64,000 nt of DNA from the NCBI GenBank assembly GCA_963719525.1, contig CAVRCG010000004.1, positions 989,579 to 1,053,578 on the forward strand, read 5' to 3'. The notes beneath the pieces were generated by a model that was given only the letters and a program-made list of their open reading frames with translations, was not told the DNA's origin and did not search any database. A program made the position numbers and the translations under genes. The DNA comes from an uncultured Cytophagales bacterium. GTDB lineage: Bacteria; Bacteroidota; Bacteroidia; Cytophagales; Bernardetiaceae. Shown in pieces: positions 10,984 through 21,583 of the stretch. Positions within the stretch are counted from its first letter, which is position 1. The number at the start of each line of letters is the position of its first letter.

Positions 10984-13674
10984 ATGGGAAGTGCAGCCAA
11001 AACAATTCCTAATCTATTTATTGATAATGCAAGTACAGGAGATGTAGTAAACATAAACACATCAGACTTACAAGCTCCAGCCAATCGTATCACGTTTAGA
11101 GATATTACAGGTGCACAAAATGGTCTTACCTTTAATGTAAATGGTGATGCTCCAAAAACGTATGGAAATATTAGTTTTCCAAATGATATGACGGCACGTT
11201 TTAATGGAACTCAAAATCCTCTGACAAATCCATCAACAACATTACCAGAAACAGACACAAATATTTTTGGAGGAACAGTCAATTTTGGTACAAATACAAG
11301 AGTAACTTGGAATTCGGATAATACCTTCAAAGACGATGTGGAAATAATATCTACTCCTACTAACGTTGATAGAGCAGTAAATTTTGTAAGAAATAATATT
11401 TTTACCGTTGATGCACCACTTACATTTACAGGACCAGGTTGGGCAAGAGTTGGATTTAATGCAGATAATACTTTCACAGAGTTTGGAGCAGCCGTTGCTT
11501 TTAATGGAACACGCAACATTCTTAGATTTGATGGAAATGGTAATACAGAGCTTATTTTCAAAAGCACACTTTTTGTTAATTCGAATGGAGGCGCACAAGC
11601 CGATGTAGATTTTAGATCTCAAGCAACATTTGAAGGTAATGTAGAATTCGGAGAAGCTACAGGAGGAGATGCTACGGCAGAAATGTTTTTTAATAATGGT
11701 ATTTCTATGCCCAACATAAATACAACCTTTACGATGGGAGCAGACTCAAGAATGAGAATACGAGGTGCGCCTGTTAGGTTAAGAGATATGATTATTGGAG
11801 AAAACAATGAGATTACGTTTAATAGTACTGTAGAGATAGATAATATGCAGCTCTCCAAATTTGATGTAATTAACTTTCCTCAAAGTAGTGGAGGTGCAAA
11901 TTCAGGAACTACTACCATTAATGAATACATTACTGCTAGAGAAGATTGTGCAGGTTGGATAAATCTTCGCTCAAATCTAACAGGCGTACAAGCGCAGATA
12001 GATTTTGAAACTGCACATACAACAGTAGGAAACAGAAACTTCCTCTATACTTTCGTTCAAGATATTTGGAACAGAGACTTGGGTGGAAATCCATTGCAAG
12101 TAGTACAAGCAGACCCTGATGTAGTTTCTGATATTGGAAATAATGATGGTATTACATTTATCAATAATGTAGCTTCTCGTACTTTCTACTGGGTAAGAAG
12201 TGATAATGAAAAAGCAAATAATCAAAACAGCACAGGAAATTGGAATGATTTGGATCAAGATAATCACTGGGCAACATCTTCTGGAGGAAATGCAGTAGGT
12301 TGTATTCCAACAGCAAACGATAACGTCGTATTTGATGATAATTCATTTAGTTATACAGAAGCAGGTCAAGAACCAGAAGTAGTTACATTAGATAAGTTCT
12401 TCTCGTATGCCAAAAACATAACTTGGAATGTTACTTCAGATGCAAGTAGAGCCAGATTGATAGGAGATGATGCTAATACATTACAAATATTTGGTTCATT
12501 GTTATTCCAAAACAATATCACAGATGCAGATTGGAACGACTTTGAAGGTCTTACAGAATTTAAAGGTATAGCGACAGCCAACACTACAAAAACCATTGCC
12601 ATGAATGGCGCAAGATTAAATGGTCCTATTCTATTCAATGCACCAAATGATGTCTGGACAATCACAGATAATATGCGTGTAGAAGGAGGAGGAAGAGCAG
12701 ATATTACCTTCAACTATGGAGAAGTAAGAGCAGGAAACAATACCATTTCTTTAGAAGATAATTGGACAATAAACCTTCCTACTGCAGGTTTGAACCAATC
12801 TCTTTTTATAGCTGAAACAAGTACAGTAAACTTTAATGGAAATCAAGACGCACATATAAATATACTTGATCATCAAACAAATGCTAACTGTCTGGAGTGT
12901 TCGGATCAGAGTGCTGCCACTTCCCAGTTAAGAGGGTGTAGTGGAAGTCCTTTTTACAATCTTGTAGTGGATAAGCGTTATAATAGAAGATTAGAACTTC
13001 GTCAGACTATCAATATCTATAATAATCTTAGTATTTTAGTAGGAATTCTTGAAGATGACGGCTGGCAGATACGAGGAAATACAATAGGAACAGTAACGAT
13101 GGCAGATAATACGTGGTTACGTTTAGGAGCAGATGATAATGCAACTGCTTTTCCTACATGTTATCCATCTGCAAACATTACGTTAGGAGATGGTAATCCT
13201 GATGGTCGTATGAATAATTCTCTTAATCCAGATAACGTAACTACAAATCTGAAAGCATCTATTGTAGAATACCGTTGTCCAGATGCTCAACTTGTTCGTG
13301 GAGATATTACGTATGGTACTTTGCGTCTTAGAAGTGACGGAGGAGCAGGAGCAGGTAATCATATAAAACGTTTTACAGATGGAAACACGACTATAAATGG
13401 TAGTTTCATTATAGATGAAAGACAAATCGTTTATGATATGGGGTATCAAATAATAGGAAATAGTTTTAGTGAAGGAAATAGATTTGAGATGCGTGGTAAC
13501 TCTCAACTTATTTTAGGTACAAATCAAACTATAGCTGAACGTACTTACAATATAACTGTACGACCAGGTATTACTATTCCAACACCAGTAGCAGCAGATT
13601 TGGTTACTACGTTTCCTAGCTTTACTAATGGAGTCTACTCCTATGAACGACATCGCAAATGGTGGCAAAATTGA
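10984..13674 (+). CDS. Giant T9SS adhesin, segment 2 of 3 (frame +1 relative to segment 1; frame open from 10927)
   Basis: No signal peptide or ribosome-binding site of its own. The sequence family continues from segment 1 (…LFWVGG…NWN…CIPTANDNVVFDDNS). Confidence 0.65.
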   Translation: MGSAAKTIPNLFIDNASTGDVVNINTSDLQAPANRITFRDITGAQNGLTFNVNGDAPKTYGNISFPNDMTARFNGTQNPLTNPSTTLPETDTNIFGGTVNFGTNTRVTWNSDNTFKDDVEIISTPTNVDRAVNFVRNNIFTVDAPLTFTGPGWARVGFNADNTFTEFGAAVAFNGTRNILRFDGNGNTELIFKSTLFVNSNGGAQADVDFRSQATFEGNVEFGEATGGDATAEMFFNNGISMPNINTTFTMGADSRMRIRGAPVRLRDMIIGENNEITFNSTVEIDNMQLSKFDVINFPQSSGGANSGTTTINEYITAREDCAGWINLRSNLTGVQAQIDFETAHTTVGNRNFLYTFVQDIWNRDLGGNPLQVVQADPDVVSDIGNNDGITFINNVASRTFYWVRSDNEKANNQNSTGNWNDLDQDNHWATSSGGNAVGCIPTANDNVVFDDNSFSYTEAGQEPEVVTLDKFFSYAKNITWNVTSDASRARLIGDDANTLQIFGSLLFQNNITDADWNDFEGLTEFKGIATANTTKTIAMNGARLNGPILFNAPNDVWTITDNMRVEGGGRADITFNYGEVRAGNNTISLEDNWTINLPTAGLNQSLFIAETSTVNFNGNQDAHINILDHQTNANCLECSDQSAATSQLRGCSGSPFYNLVVDKRYNRRLELRQTINIYNNLSILVGILEDDGWQIRGNTIGTVTMADNTWLRLGADDNATAFPTCYPSANITLGDGNPDGRMNNSLNPDNVTTNLKASIVEYRCPDAQLVRGDITYGTLRLRSDGGAGAGNHIKRFTDGNTTINGSFIIDERQIVYDMGYQIIGNSFSEGNRFEMRGNSQLILGTNQTIAERTYNITVRPGITIPTPVAADLVTTFPSFTNGVYSYERHRKWWQN

Positions 13675-16600
13675 ATTGAATGGTGCTTCGACTGTTATTT
13701 ACAACGCAAGTGCGAATCAACAGATAGCCAAAGGTTTTACGTATGGTAGTGTTATTCTACGTGCAACAGGCGCAACAACACCAGTAATAAAAACTATATT
13801 TCCTGTAGTCGTTCTTCCAGTTGTGGCTACTGATGAAATAAGAGTAACTAATCAGCTTATCATTGAAGAGTTTAATTACATGATAGATGCAGGAAATCAG
13901 ATAAAAGCCATAGCAGGTGGAAATCCAAAATTGGAAGCTAAAGAAAACACAAAACTGTTTTTAGGAAATCAAACGATTGCTACTAGATTTCCTACTGTTT
14001 TTGTACGAAATGATATAACGTTGTCTGCTACCAATCCAGTTAGTGCAAATGCTCACGAAACGATTTATATTTCTGATGTAGCACAAACGATGTCTACCGA
14101 ACCAGAGTACGCCAACCTAACGCTTGAAGCACCAAATCTAACGCTTGATGCAATGGTAGAAAAACGTTTTTCAAGTGTTGGAACGCCTAGTAATTTGTCA
14201 GATGCTTATATCCGTGGTAATCTTCTAATAAAAATAAGAAATTATCTATTAGATGACGGTAATCAAATAAGAGGACTAAATGGGCTTACACAGAGTTTTA
14301 CGATGAAGGGTGATGTACCTAATCAAGGACGTAGCTGGATTAGTTTGGGTGAAAACACGTTTGGAGATGTTGCGACTCAGTTCCCTACTTTCTTTGAAAA
14401 CGTTAGTTTAGAAGATTCTACAACGGTAGTTTATAATGCAGGTTCTGTTGTTCAGTCTGTGAGAGGAACAGGATTAAATGTTATGACTGCATTGACAACA
14501 CAATCCTATTATAATCTGATTATACAATCAGGTGTAAAAATAAATGCTATTAAACGTCTGCAAGAACCGATGCGTATTCGTAACGATTTTACAATCCGTA
14601 GATTGAATCGTTTTGAAGACAACAAACAGCAAGTAACAGGTAGTACAATAGGAACAATGAGAATGGAAGAGAGTTCCAATCTATATATTGGTATAAATAC
14701 AGGTGCAGCTCCTAGAAGTGTGTTTCCAACTAATTATAGCAGACCAAGAATTATTTTGAATAATAATGCGACTACACCTTCTACAGTTAGATATTTATCA
14801 AGAGGAACAGGAGCAAACATTCAAAAAGTGTCTAGTGAACCTATTTATAGTAATCTGTTTTTGACTTCTGGAAATACAAGTGCAGGAGCAAATATTGTGA
14901 TGCAAGTTGATCCAAATCCTTTAGTTGTGCCTAGCATACCTAGAACAGAAATCAATGTAACCAGAAATCTAACAGTAGATTATAGAGTTCGTTTTGAAGA
15001 TATGGGTGTTCAGATTGTAGGAAATACTACAAATACATTATTAGTAAATGATGGTTCTGAATTGGTGCTAGGTGTAGAAGATATTTCTACACTATTTCCT
15101 ACTAATTTTGTAGCAGCTAATATCAACCTCAAACCAACGGTAGTAAACAAAACAACAGTTATTTATAATTCTGGTGTAATAGGAAATAATATTTCGGGTT
15201 TGCCAAATTATGGTAATCTTACTCTTAATAATGCAAGAGCAACAGGAACGATTACCAAAAACTTACTTGGAGATATAAATGTATTTGGTAATTTACTGGT
15301 AAGGCAACGAAACGTTCTTGAAACAACTACGAATAATTACAACATAAACTTAAAAGGAAATTGGACAGTAGAAACTAACGGAGTGTTTAATTCTCAAGCA
15401 GGTAGAGTAATTCTTAGTGGTAACTCGGTACAGCAGTTGAGAACTAATTCGGCACAAAACCAAAAGTTTTATGAGTTGGAAGCTAATGCTGGTCTGGTAG
15501 GAAGTTTCCGTATGTTTGATAACGTAATTATAAAAACAGGAGGAAAGACTATTTTTAATAATGGTCTATTTGTTCCTAACGATGTAGGTCTAACAAGTAC
15601 TATCAAGATGGTTTTTGAAGCTAATGCTACTGTAGGTGGGACAGGAACATATACGCCAGCTAGTTGGGTAAATATATCTGCTCCTGCATTATCTGCAAAC
15701 GGACCTAGTAATGTTAGTCACGTAGTAGGAAAGGTAGAAAAGCAAGGTACAGATGCCTTTATGTTCCCTATTGGAAATGGTGTAAATTATGCACCAGCAG
15801 GATTAGGAGTAAGAAACAATTCTACTTATGAAATTCGTTACGTCGGACCTCGTTTTCCTACCACAGACGGTTATGATGTAACTCTGAAAGAACCAACTAT
15901 TTATGGAGTAAGTAATGTAGAATATTGGCGTATAGACCCAATCAATGGAACTACTTCAACTTCTGCACCTGCTTATGTGTATTTGAGTTGGGATAACCCT
16001 CGTAGTGTAGCTTATCAACCAGAAGGATTAAAAGTGTTGAGATGGAATGGTGCTTTATGGACAGACAAATTCTTAGGAGGACATTCTAATGCTTCTGCAA
16101 AAGGAGTTATTGCTAGTCAGAATGTCGTAACTGAGTTTAGTCCATTTACTTTAGGAACTATAAACCAATTCAACCCACTTCCATTGGACTTACTTTCTTT
16201 TGATGCCAAAATAGAAGGTGAATCTGTAAAGGTAAGCTGGGAAACGACTAACGAGATAGACAATTCTCACTTTATGGTTCAGCGTAGCCAAGACGGAAAC
16301 TCGTTTGGTACTTTAGGGCGTGTAAATGCAAAAGGAACAGGATTAGAAGGAACATTTAATTATCAGTTCTGGGATGCAGAGCCGTTTGAAAATCTTTCTT
16401 ATTATCGTTTGAAAATGTTTGACTTGAATGGTGATTTTAAATATTCTCCAATAAGAAGTGTATTATTTGAAAAAGTAGTGAGTGGAGTACAAGGAGAAAT
16501 CAGTTTATATCCAAATCCGAATGGTGGCGCACGTTTCTATCTAAACCTTAATGGAATACTGACTACAGATGCAAAGGTACAAGTTATTGATATGGTAGGT

Positions 16601-16741
16601 AGAACGGTTCATACACAAGATGTACAAAAAGGAGGAGATAATATAATAATTACTCCAAACAGAACGCTACCAGCAGGAACATATATTTTACGTTTCGTTA
16701 CTCCGATTGAAACTATTACTAAGAAGTTTGTAGTAGAATAA
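13628..16741 (+). CDS. Giant T9SS adhesin, segment 3 of 3 (frame +1 again; ends in a T9SS C-terminal sorting domain)
   Basis: Overlaps segment 2 by 47 nt in another frame. The C-terminus (…ISLYPNPNGGARFYLNL…GTYILRFVT…KKFVVE) is a Por/T9SS C-terminal domain. Confidence 0.7.
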   Translation: MESTPMNDIANGGKIELNGASTVIYNASANQQIAKGFTYGSVILRATGATTPVIKTIFPVVVLPVVATDEIRVTNQLIIEEFNYMIDAGNQIKAIAGGNPKLEAKENTKLFLGNQTIATRFPTVFVRNDITLSATNPVSANAHETIYISDVAQTMSTEPEYANLTLEAPNLTLDAMVEKRFSSVGTPSNLSDAYIRGNLLIKIRNYLLDDGNQIRGLNGLTQSFTMKGDVPNQGRSWISLGENTFGDVATQFPTFFENVSLEDSTTVVYNAGSVVQSVRGTGLNVMTALTTQSYYNLIIQSGVKINAIKRLQEPMRIRNDFTIRRLNRFEDNKQQVTGSTIGTMRMEESSNLYIGINTGAAPRSVFPTNYSRPRIILNNNATTPSTVRYLSRGTGANIQKVSSEPIYSNLFLTSGNTSAGANIVMQVDPNPLVVPSIPRTEINVTRNLTVDYRVRFEDMGVQIVGNTTNTLLVNDGSELVLGVEDISTLFPTNFVAANINLKPTVVNKTTVIYNSGVIGNNISGLPNYGNLTLNNARATGTITKNLLGDINVFGNLLVRQRNVLETTTNNYNINLKGNWTVETNGVFNSQAGRVILSGNSVQQLRTNSAQNQKFYELEANAGLVGSFRMFDNVIIKTGGKTIFNNGLFVPNDVGLTSTIKMVFEANATVGGTGTYTPASWVNISAPALSANGPSNVSHVVGKVEKQGTDAFMFPIGNGVNYAPAGLGVRNNSTYEIRYVGPRFPTTDGYDVTLKEPTIYGVSNVEYWRIDPINGTTSTSAPAYVYLSWDNPRSVAYQPEGLKVLRWNGALWTDKFLGGHSNASAKGVIASQNVVTEFSPFTLGTINQFNPLPLDLLSFDAKIEGESVKVSWETTNEIDNSHFMVQRSQDGNSFGTLGRVNAKGTGLEGTFNYQFWDAEPFENLSYYRLKMFDLNGDFKYSPIRSVLFEKVVSGVQGEISLYPNPNGGARFYLNLNGILTTDAKVQVIDMVGRTVHTQDVQKGGDNIIITPNRTLPAGTYILRFVTPIETITKKFVVE

Positions 16742-16777
16742 TCGACAATAAGACAGAAGTAAAATTGTAAGCAAATA

Positions 16778-16816
16778 GAAAAGCCTTTTATCAGAAATGA
16801 TAAAAGGCTTTTTTCA
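16778..16816 (+). terminator. Rho-independent terminator (AAAAGCCTTTTA..TAAAAGGCTTTTTT)
   Basis: Stem-loop plus T-run 37 nt after the adhesin stop codon. Confidence 0.7.
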
Positions 16817-16904
16817 TACTTCAAAAAAACTATTTCACGCTTTATTGATAAACCATATTATTTAAAAAAGATAAAACAATAAAGTCAGAAGGCAATTTCC
16901 TTAA

Positions 16905-16935
16905 CTGGTAACTGGTAACTGGTAACTGGTAACTG
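16905..16935. repeat. Heptamer microsatellite (GGTAACT)x4
   Basis: Four perfect tandem copies. Related TGGTAACTG / CTGATAACTG runs occur at 55135-55160 and 58447-58480. Confidence 0.6.
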
Positions 16936-16938
16936 ATT

Positions 16939-17462
16939 TTACTTCATCACAGGTTCTGCAAAAACACAGGCGTTTACATTTCCAAAACGAAGTGTATCAA
17001 AACTTTGTGCTTTTTTGCGAAGCTCATCAATCGTAATTCTCAATTCTCCAATAAGATCATCATCATTATAAAAACGACCTGTCTTTACGCCCATTTTCTT
17101 ATCGTAATCATAAAACTTAATTGTCAGTTCTACATTTGGTTTTGTATCTGGAATATAAAACGGTTTTACTTTCTTCCATTTTGGTTTGAAGTCATCTTTT
17201 ATAGACTCTGATTCAAAAACTCGGTCTTGCCCAAGCCAAATTTCATAATATACATCTGGTTTATGGTCATACGAAAACATATTTACAGGTGCCAATTGCT
17301 TGAGTTTGAGGGCGATTCGTCAACACTTACAAATGCAGGTCGTATTTGTACGGCATACGTATTTTCTGGCTGCCGAGTACTCTCACAACTAAAAGCCAAA
17401 AAAGAAAACGATAATAAAGTCAGAAACAAATAAAATGAAGAATAGTGTTTTGGTAATTTCAT
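16939..17462 (-). CDS. Hypothetical lipoprotein, apparently frameshifted: a 59-aa ORF carrying a lipoprotein signal peptide (MKLPKHYSSFYLFLTLLSFSFLAFSC, 17283-17462) in a different frame from the 118-aa body ORF 16939-17295
   Basis: The signal-peptide ORF ends 12 nt inside the start of the body ORF. The body has no canonical ATG at its listed start (TTG). The body has weak C2-domain-like character (YDYDKKMGVKTGRFYNDDDLIGELRI). Confidence 0.45.
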
Positions 17463-17594
17463 AGAAATAGAGATTGATTTTGTAAAGAATTTAATAGTAT
17501 TAATATAATAGAAATAAAAAACTGACTACTTTTCAAAAATAATCAGTTTAAGTATAAGTTTTCAATAGTGATGAGAAGGAATAAAATTTAATTT

Positions 17595-18287
17595 TTATTC
17601 CTTAATAATCTTAACTTCTGTACGACGATTTTGTTGTTTTCCTGCACTAGTAGTATTGTCAGCAACAGGTTTTGTATCGCCATATCCCTTAGCAGTAATA
17701 CGATTAGCTTCAATTCCTTTTTTGATTAAATAATTTCTTACGGCTTCTGCTCTCTCTTGCGAGAGTGTTAGGTTTGCAGATTTATCTCCTACATTATCTG
17801 TATGTCCTGCAATTTCTATTTCCATTGTGCTTTTTACTGCCATAGCAGAAGCAAGCTCATCAATAGCTTTGAAAGAAGTATTCTTCAAATTAGCTTTTCC
17901 TGTTTCAAAAAGTACATTATCAAGCGTATAAGCTGTCGCTGGCTGAAATTTTATGAGTACTTTTAGCTCCTTAAGGCGTGCTACATCTGGAATCTGAACT
18001 TTTTGATATTCTACGTCCTTTCCAAAATTCTTGTACTTTATAAGATATTCATTTCCTTTTATTAACACAAAAAAACATTTACCTTCCTTATCACTAATTT
18101 TGGTAAATACTTCTTCTGTTTTTGTATTGACAAACATTACTGTTTCTCCTGGTCTTACTTTCTGCTTAAAGTCCACCACAGTAGTATTGATAAGCACTTT
18201 GTTATTATCTACCTGTGCAAATGTTAAATCATTTGTCCCTAAGAAGAGAAAAACTGAAAGTAGTAAAAATTGTATTTTGTTTTTCAT
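17595..18287 (-). CDS. OmpA-family outer-membrane/peptidoglycan-associated protein
   Basis: Signal peptide. The C-terminal OmpA/MotB motif reads EIAGHTDNVGDKSANLTLSQERAEAVRNYLIKKGI...RRTEVKI. Confidence 0.85.
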   Translation of the reverse strand: MKNKIQFLLLSVFLFLGTNDLTFAQVDNNKVLINTTVVDFKQKVRPGETVMFVNTKTEEVFTKISDKEGKCFFVLIKGNEYLIKYKNFGKDVEYQKVQIPDVARLKELKVLIKFQPATAYTLDNVLFETGKANLKNTSFKAIDELASAMAVKSTMEIEIAGHTDNVGDKSANLTLSQERAEAVRNYLIKKGIEANRITAKGYGDTKPVADNTTSAGKQQNRRTEVKIIKE

Positions 18288-18590
18288 TATATTTTTGCCT
18301 AGTATGTTTTATACAAAACGTCTTTACTAATTAATAGTAAATCTGTTTTTGAATAAAATTTTATGTTTAATTTCTATATGTATAATAATCTGTAACGCAT
18401 TATATTTGTGCTATATTTTCACTTTACACCAAATTATACCAAAATGATACCAATTTATCCAAATCCTGTTAGTACTACAGATAAAGGCTATTTTGTAAAA
18501 ATAATTAGTAAAAACAGGGTTCAATGCGCATTCATTACTTCAAAAGTACATCAAAAATTATCAAATTCATACAAATTTTATTGAAAATGC

Positions 18591-18598
18591 TACCTTTG
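18591..18598 (+). promoter_or_regulatory. Possible Bacteroidota -7 promoter element (TAnnTTTG: TACCTTTG)
   Basis: Matches the Bacteroidetes sigma-A -7 consensus about 100 nt upstream of the FKBP gene ATG. Single motif, weak evidence. Confidence 0.25.
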
Positions 18599-18696
18599 TA
18601 AAAAAGTATCTAAAACGTTGAATCCGTTTTTGTTTTTAAATCTCTATTTTCATTATTTGTTTCTACCAAGAAAAATATCTACAAACCTAGTTTAGT

Positions 18697-19641
18697 ATGA
18701 GTAAATTAATATTCAAACCATTTGCATTCATTAGTATAGTCTTTTCTCTATTTTCATTGAATGCGTGTAAAGAAGGCGAAAATAAAAGTTGTCCTAAAGG
18801 AGCAGTTTGTAACGACCAACTACAAACTACATCTACAGGGCTAAAATATATTCATCACATTCATTATCCCAAAAACAGAAAGCCAGAATACAACGAAATG
18901 ATGACAATGCACTATTTGTTGTTGGCTGAAAATGGAGATACGATCGTAGATACGTACAAACTCAACGAACCTATCGGACAACCTCTTTTGAGGCCTGCTT
19001 ATAAAGGATCGATTGAGGAAGGATTCAAGATGATGAATGTAGGAGATAGTGCGACTTTTTATGTTGATTTAGATTCTATCAAAAATGTAGAATTACCAAT
19101 TGAAACAAACACAAGAGCAACTATGAAAGAAATACGTTACGTAATAAAGCTCTATGCAACTCAAAGTAAAGCTGCCTTCGAAATAGACGAAGAAGCAAGA
19201 CTCAAAAAGCGTACACAAGCACAAGTAGCTATTCAAGACAAAAAAATTTTAGAATATATGAAAAAAGAACTCGTCTTTGAGGGTTCAAAAAAACATCCTT
19301 CTGGCTTGTACTACAACTTCAAAAAGGAAGGAAAAGGAATGCCAGCACAAGTAGGAGATAGTGTTTCATTTACTTTTCAGACGTGGTCAATTCCGTATCA
19401 ACAAGTCATTGATAAATCAAAGGAAGGAGAAACAGTAGGTTTTGTAATTGGCTCTAGAGCAATGCTTCCTGCTTGGCAAATTGCTTTTACACAACTCGCC
19501 AACGAAGGCTCAACAATTCTTCTTTTTTCTCCTTCTCATCTTGCCTTTGGAAACAAAGAATATCAAACTCTAGCTGCTTTTTCTATGCTTCGCTTCGAAA
19601 TCGAAGTAGTAGATATTGTTAGGAAAAATGAAAGGAAATAG
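18697..19641 (+). CDS. FKBP-type peptidyl-prolyl cis-trans isomerase, lipoprotein (two FKBP-like domains)
   Basis: Lipoprotein signal peptide (…SLNAC). The C-terminal domain matches the FKBP pattern (GLYY..KEGKG..A..GD.V.F.F...VGFVIG...LPAWQIA...PS.LAFG...FEIEVVDI). Confidence 0.6.
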   Translation: MSKLIFKPFAFISIVFSLFSLNACKEGENKSCPKGAVCNDQLQTTSTGLKYIHHIHYPKNRKPEYNEMMTMHYLLLAENGDTIVDTYKLNEPIGQPLLRPAYKGSIEEGFKMMNVGDSATFYVDLDSIKNVELPIETNTRATMKEIRYVIKLYATQSKAAFEIDEEARLKKRTQAQVAIQDKKILEYMKKELVFEGSKKHPSGLYYNFKKEGKGMPAQVGDSVSFTFQTWSIPYQQVIDKSKEGETVGFVIGSRAMLPAWQIAFTQLANEGSTILLFSPSHLAFGNKEYQTLAAFSMLRFEIEVVDIVRKNERK

Positions 19642-19757
19642 GTTTATTAGAATTACGAATTTTTCCTTTTACAAAACATTCATTTCTAGATTCGTCAAAT
19701 CCGTATTATCTGTGTTTCTACTTTATTTATAAAAATTATTTACAAAAAAACATAATT

Positions 19758-21440
19758 ATGACTTTTCAAAAAAAATCAAAAAATACTATTCTTGCAGTTG
19801 CTATCTGCTTGAGTTTTTGTCAATGTACGCCAGACAAAAAAGTGGATAACGACACGCCTACTGACACAACAAGCATAGCTATAGAAACCAAAAATGAACT
19901 TGTTCGTCCAGAAATATATGCTCCCTTTAAGCTCACAACAGATATAAGCAGTCTTTCAGAAAGTGAGAAAAAAATGATTCCATTACTTATAGAAGCAGCC
20001 AAAATAATGGATAATCTGTTTTGGAAACAAGCCTATATGGGCAATAAAGACAGCTTGTTAGCAACCATTGAAAGTGCTGATGCTAAAAAGTTTGTGCAAA
20101 TAAATTATGGTCTTTGGGATAGGTTAGCAGAAAACCAACCTTTTATGGACGGAGTGGAAGCAAAACCTCTTGGCGCAAATTTTTATCCAACTGACATGAC
20201 AAAAGAAGAATATGAAGACTTTGATAACAAAGAAAAATCAAGTCTTTATACATTACTTCGAAGAGATGAAGAGGGTAATTTAATTACTGTTCCGTATCAC
20301 GAAATATTCAAAGAAGAATTAGAAAAAGCAGCCGATTATTTGCGTCAAGCATCAGAAGTTGCCGAAGATGCAAGTCTGAAAAATTATCTTACTTTGCGTG
20401 CCGATGCTCTCGTTACAGACGATTATATGGCAAGTGATATGGCGTGGATGGATATGAAAACAAACGGAATTGATATTATTATCGGTGCAATAGAAACCTA
20501 TGAAGACCATTTATTCGGACAAAAAGCTGCCTTTTCTTCTTATGTTTTGGTAAAAGACAAGTCGTGGAGCGAACGCTTAGAAAAATATGCTGCCCTTCTA
20601 CCACAACTTCAAAAAGGATTGCCTGTCGATGCCAAATACAAAGCCGAAAAACCTGGGTCAGATTCTCAATTAAACGCCTATGATGTAATTTTTTATGGTG
20701 GAGATTGTAATGCAGGGAGCAAAACCATTGCCGTAAATCTTCCAAATGATGAAGAAGTACAACTCAAAAAAGGTACTCGTCGTTCGCAATTAAAGAATGC
20801 TATGAGAGCAAAGTTTGACCAAATTTTACTTCCTATTTCTGAAATGTTGATTACTCCAGAACAAAGGAAACACATTACTTTTGATGCCTTTTTCGAAAAT
20901 ACAATGTTTCACGAAGTAGCACATGGATTGGGGATAAAAAATACCATTAACAAAAAAGGAACAGTTAGAGAATCTTTGAAAGATATGGCTTCTGCACTTG
21001 AAGAAGGAAAAGCTGATGTTTTAGGGTTGTATATGGTAACAAAACTGCGTGAAATGGGCGAGCTTTCAGAAGGCGAATTAATGGATAATTACACTACTTT
21101 TTTAGCTGGTATTTTTCGTTCGGTTCGTTTTGGAGCAGCTTCGGCACACGGAAAAGCAAATATGATTCGTTTTAATTTCTTCAATGAAAAAGGAGCTTTT
21201 GAGAAATTAGAAGACGGAACATACAAAGTAAATCCTGATAAAATGGCAATTGCTGTAAACGAGCTTTCTGCTAAAATACTTACGCTACAAGGTGATGGCG
21301 ATTATGAAGGTGTTACCAAATTGGCTGATGAAATGGGAGTGATAAAAGCAGACTTACAAGCAGATTTAGATAGACTTTCGGCTGCAAATATTCCTGTTGA
21401 TATTATCTTTGAGCAGGGTACTGATGTTTTGGGACTTTAA
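19758..21440 (+). CDS. Zinc-dependent metallopeptidase lipoprotein (HExxH…EEGKAD; possibly DPP-III/M49-like)
   Basis: Lipoprotein signal peptide (…CLSFCQC). An HEVAHGLG motif is followed about 30 aa later by EEGKADVLG, resembling the HExxGH / EExxAE pair of M49 peptidases. Family assignment is uncertain. Confidence 0.5.
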   Translation: MTFQKKSKNTILAVAICLSFCQCTPDKKVDNDTPTDTTSIAIETKNELVRPEIYAPFKLTTDISSLSESEKKMIPLLIEAAKIMDNLFWKQAYMGNKDSLLATIESADAKKFVQINYGLWDRLAENQPFMDGVEAKPLGANFYPTDMTKEEYEDFDNKEKSSLYTLLRRDEEGNLITVPYHEIFKEELEKAADYLRQASEVAEDASLKNYLTLRADALVTDDYMASDMAWMDMKTNGIDIIIGAIETYEDHLFGQKAAFSSYVLVKDKSWSERLEKYAALLPQLQKGLPVDAKYKAEKPGSDSQLNAYDVIFYGGDCNAGSKTIAVNLPNDEEVQLKKGTRRSQLKNAMRAKFDQILLPISEMLITPEQRKHITFDAFFENTMFHEVAHGLGIKNTINKKGTVRESLKDMASALEEGKADVLGLYMVTKLREMGELSEGELMDNYTTFLAGIFRSVRFGAASAHGKANMIRFNFFNEKGAFEKLEDGTYKVNPDKMAIAVNELSAKILTLQGDGDYEGVTKLADEMGVIKADLQADLDRLSAANIPVDIIFEQGTDVLGL

Positions 21441-21583
21441 TTTTAGAATAGATTTTTGTAAAATAAACTTTGTCAGTAGTTGTTTTGGTAATCCAAAATA
21501 ACTCTGACAATAGTTTAAAAAAAAAGTGTTCAAGTAAGTTGAAAACGGATTTCTATTCAAACATCAGTAAAGATGGAAGCCTA

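Noticed and set aside
16880-17425. 13-mer AATAAAGTCAGAA occurring at 16880-16892 and 17412-17424, flanking the frameshifted lipoprotein gene (possible target-site duplication)
   Set aside because: Single short AT-rich match with no associated inverted repeats or transposase. Too weak to call.
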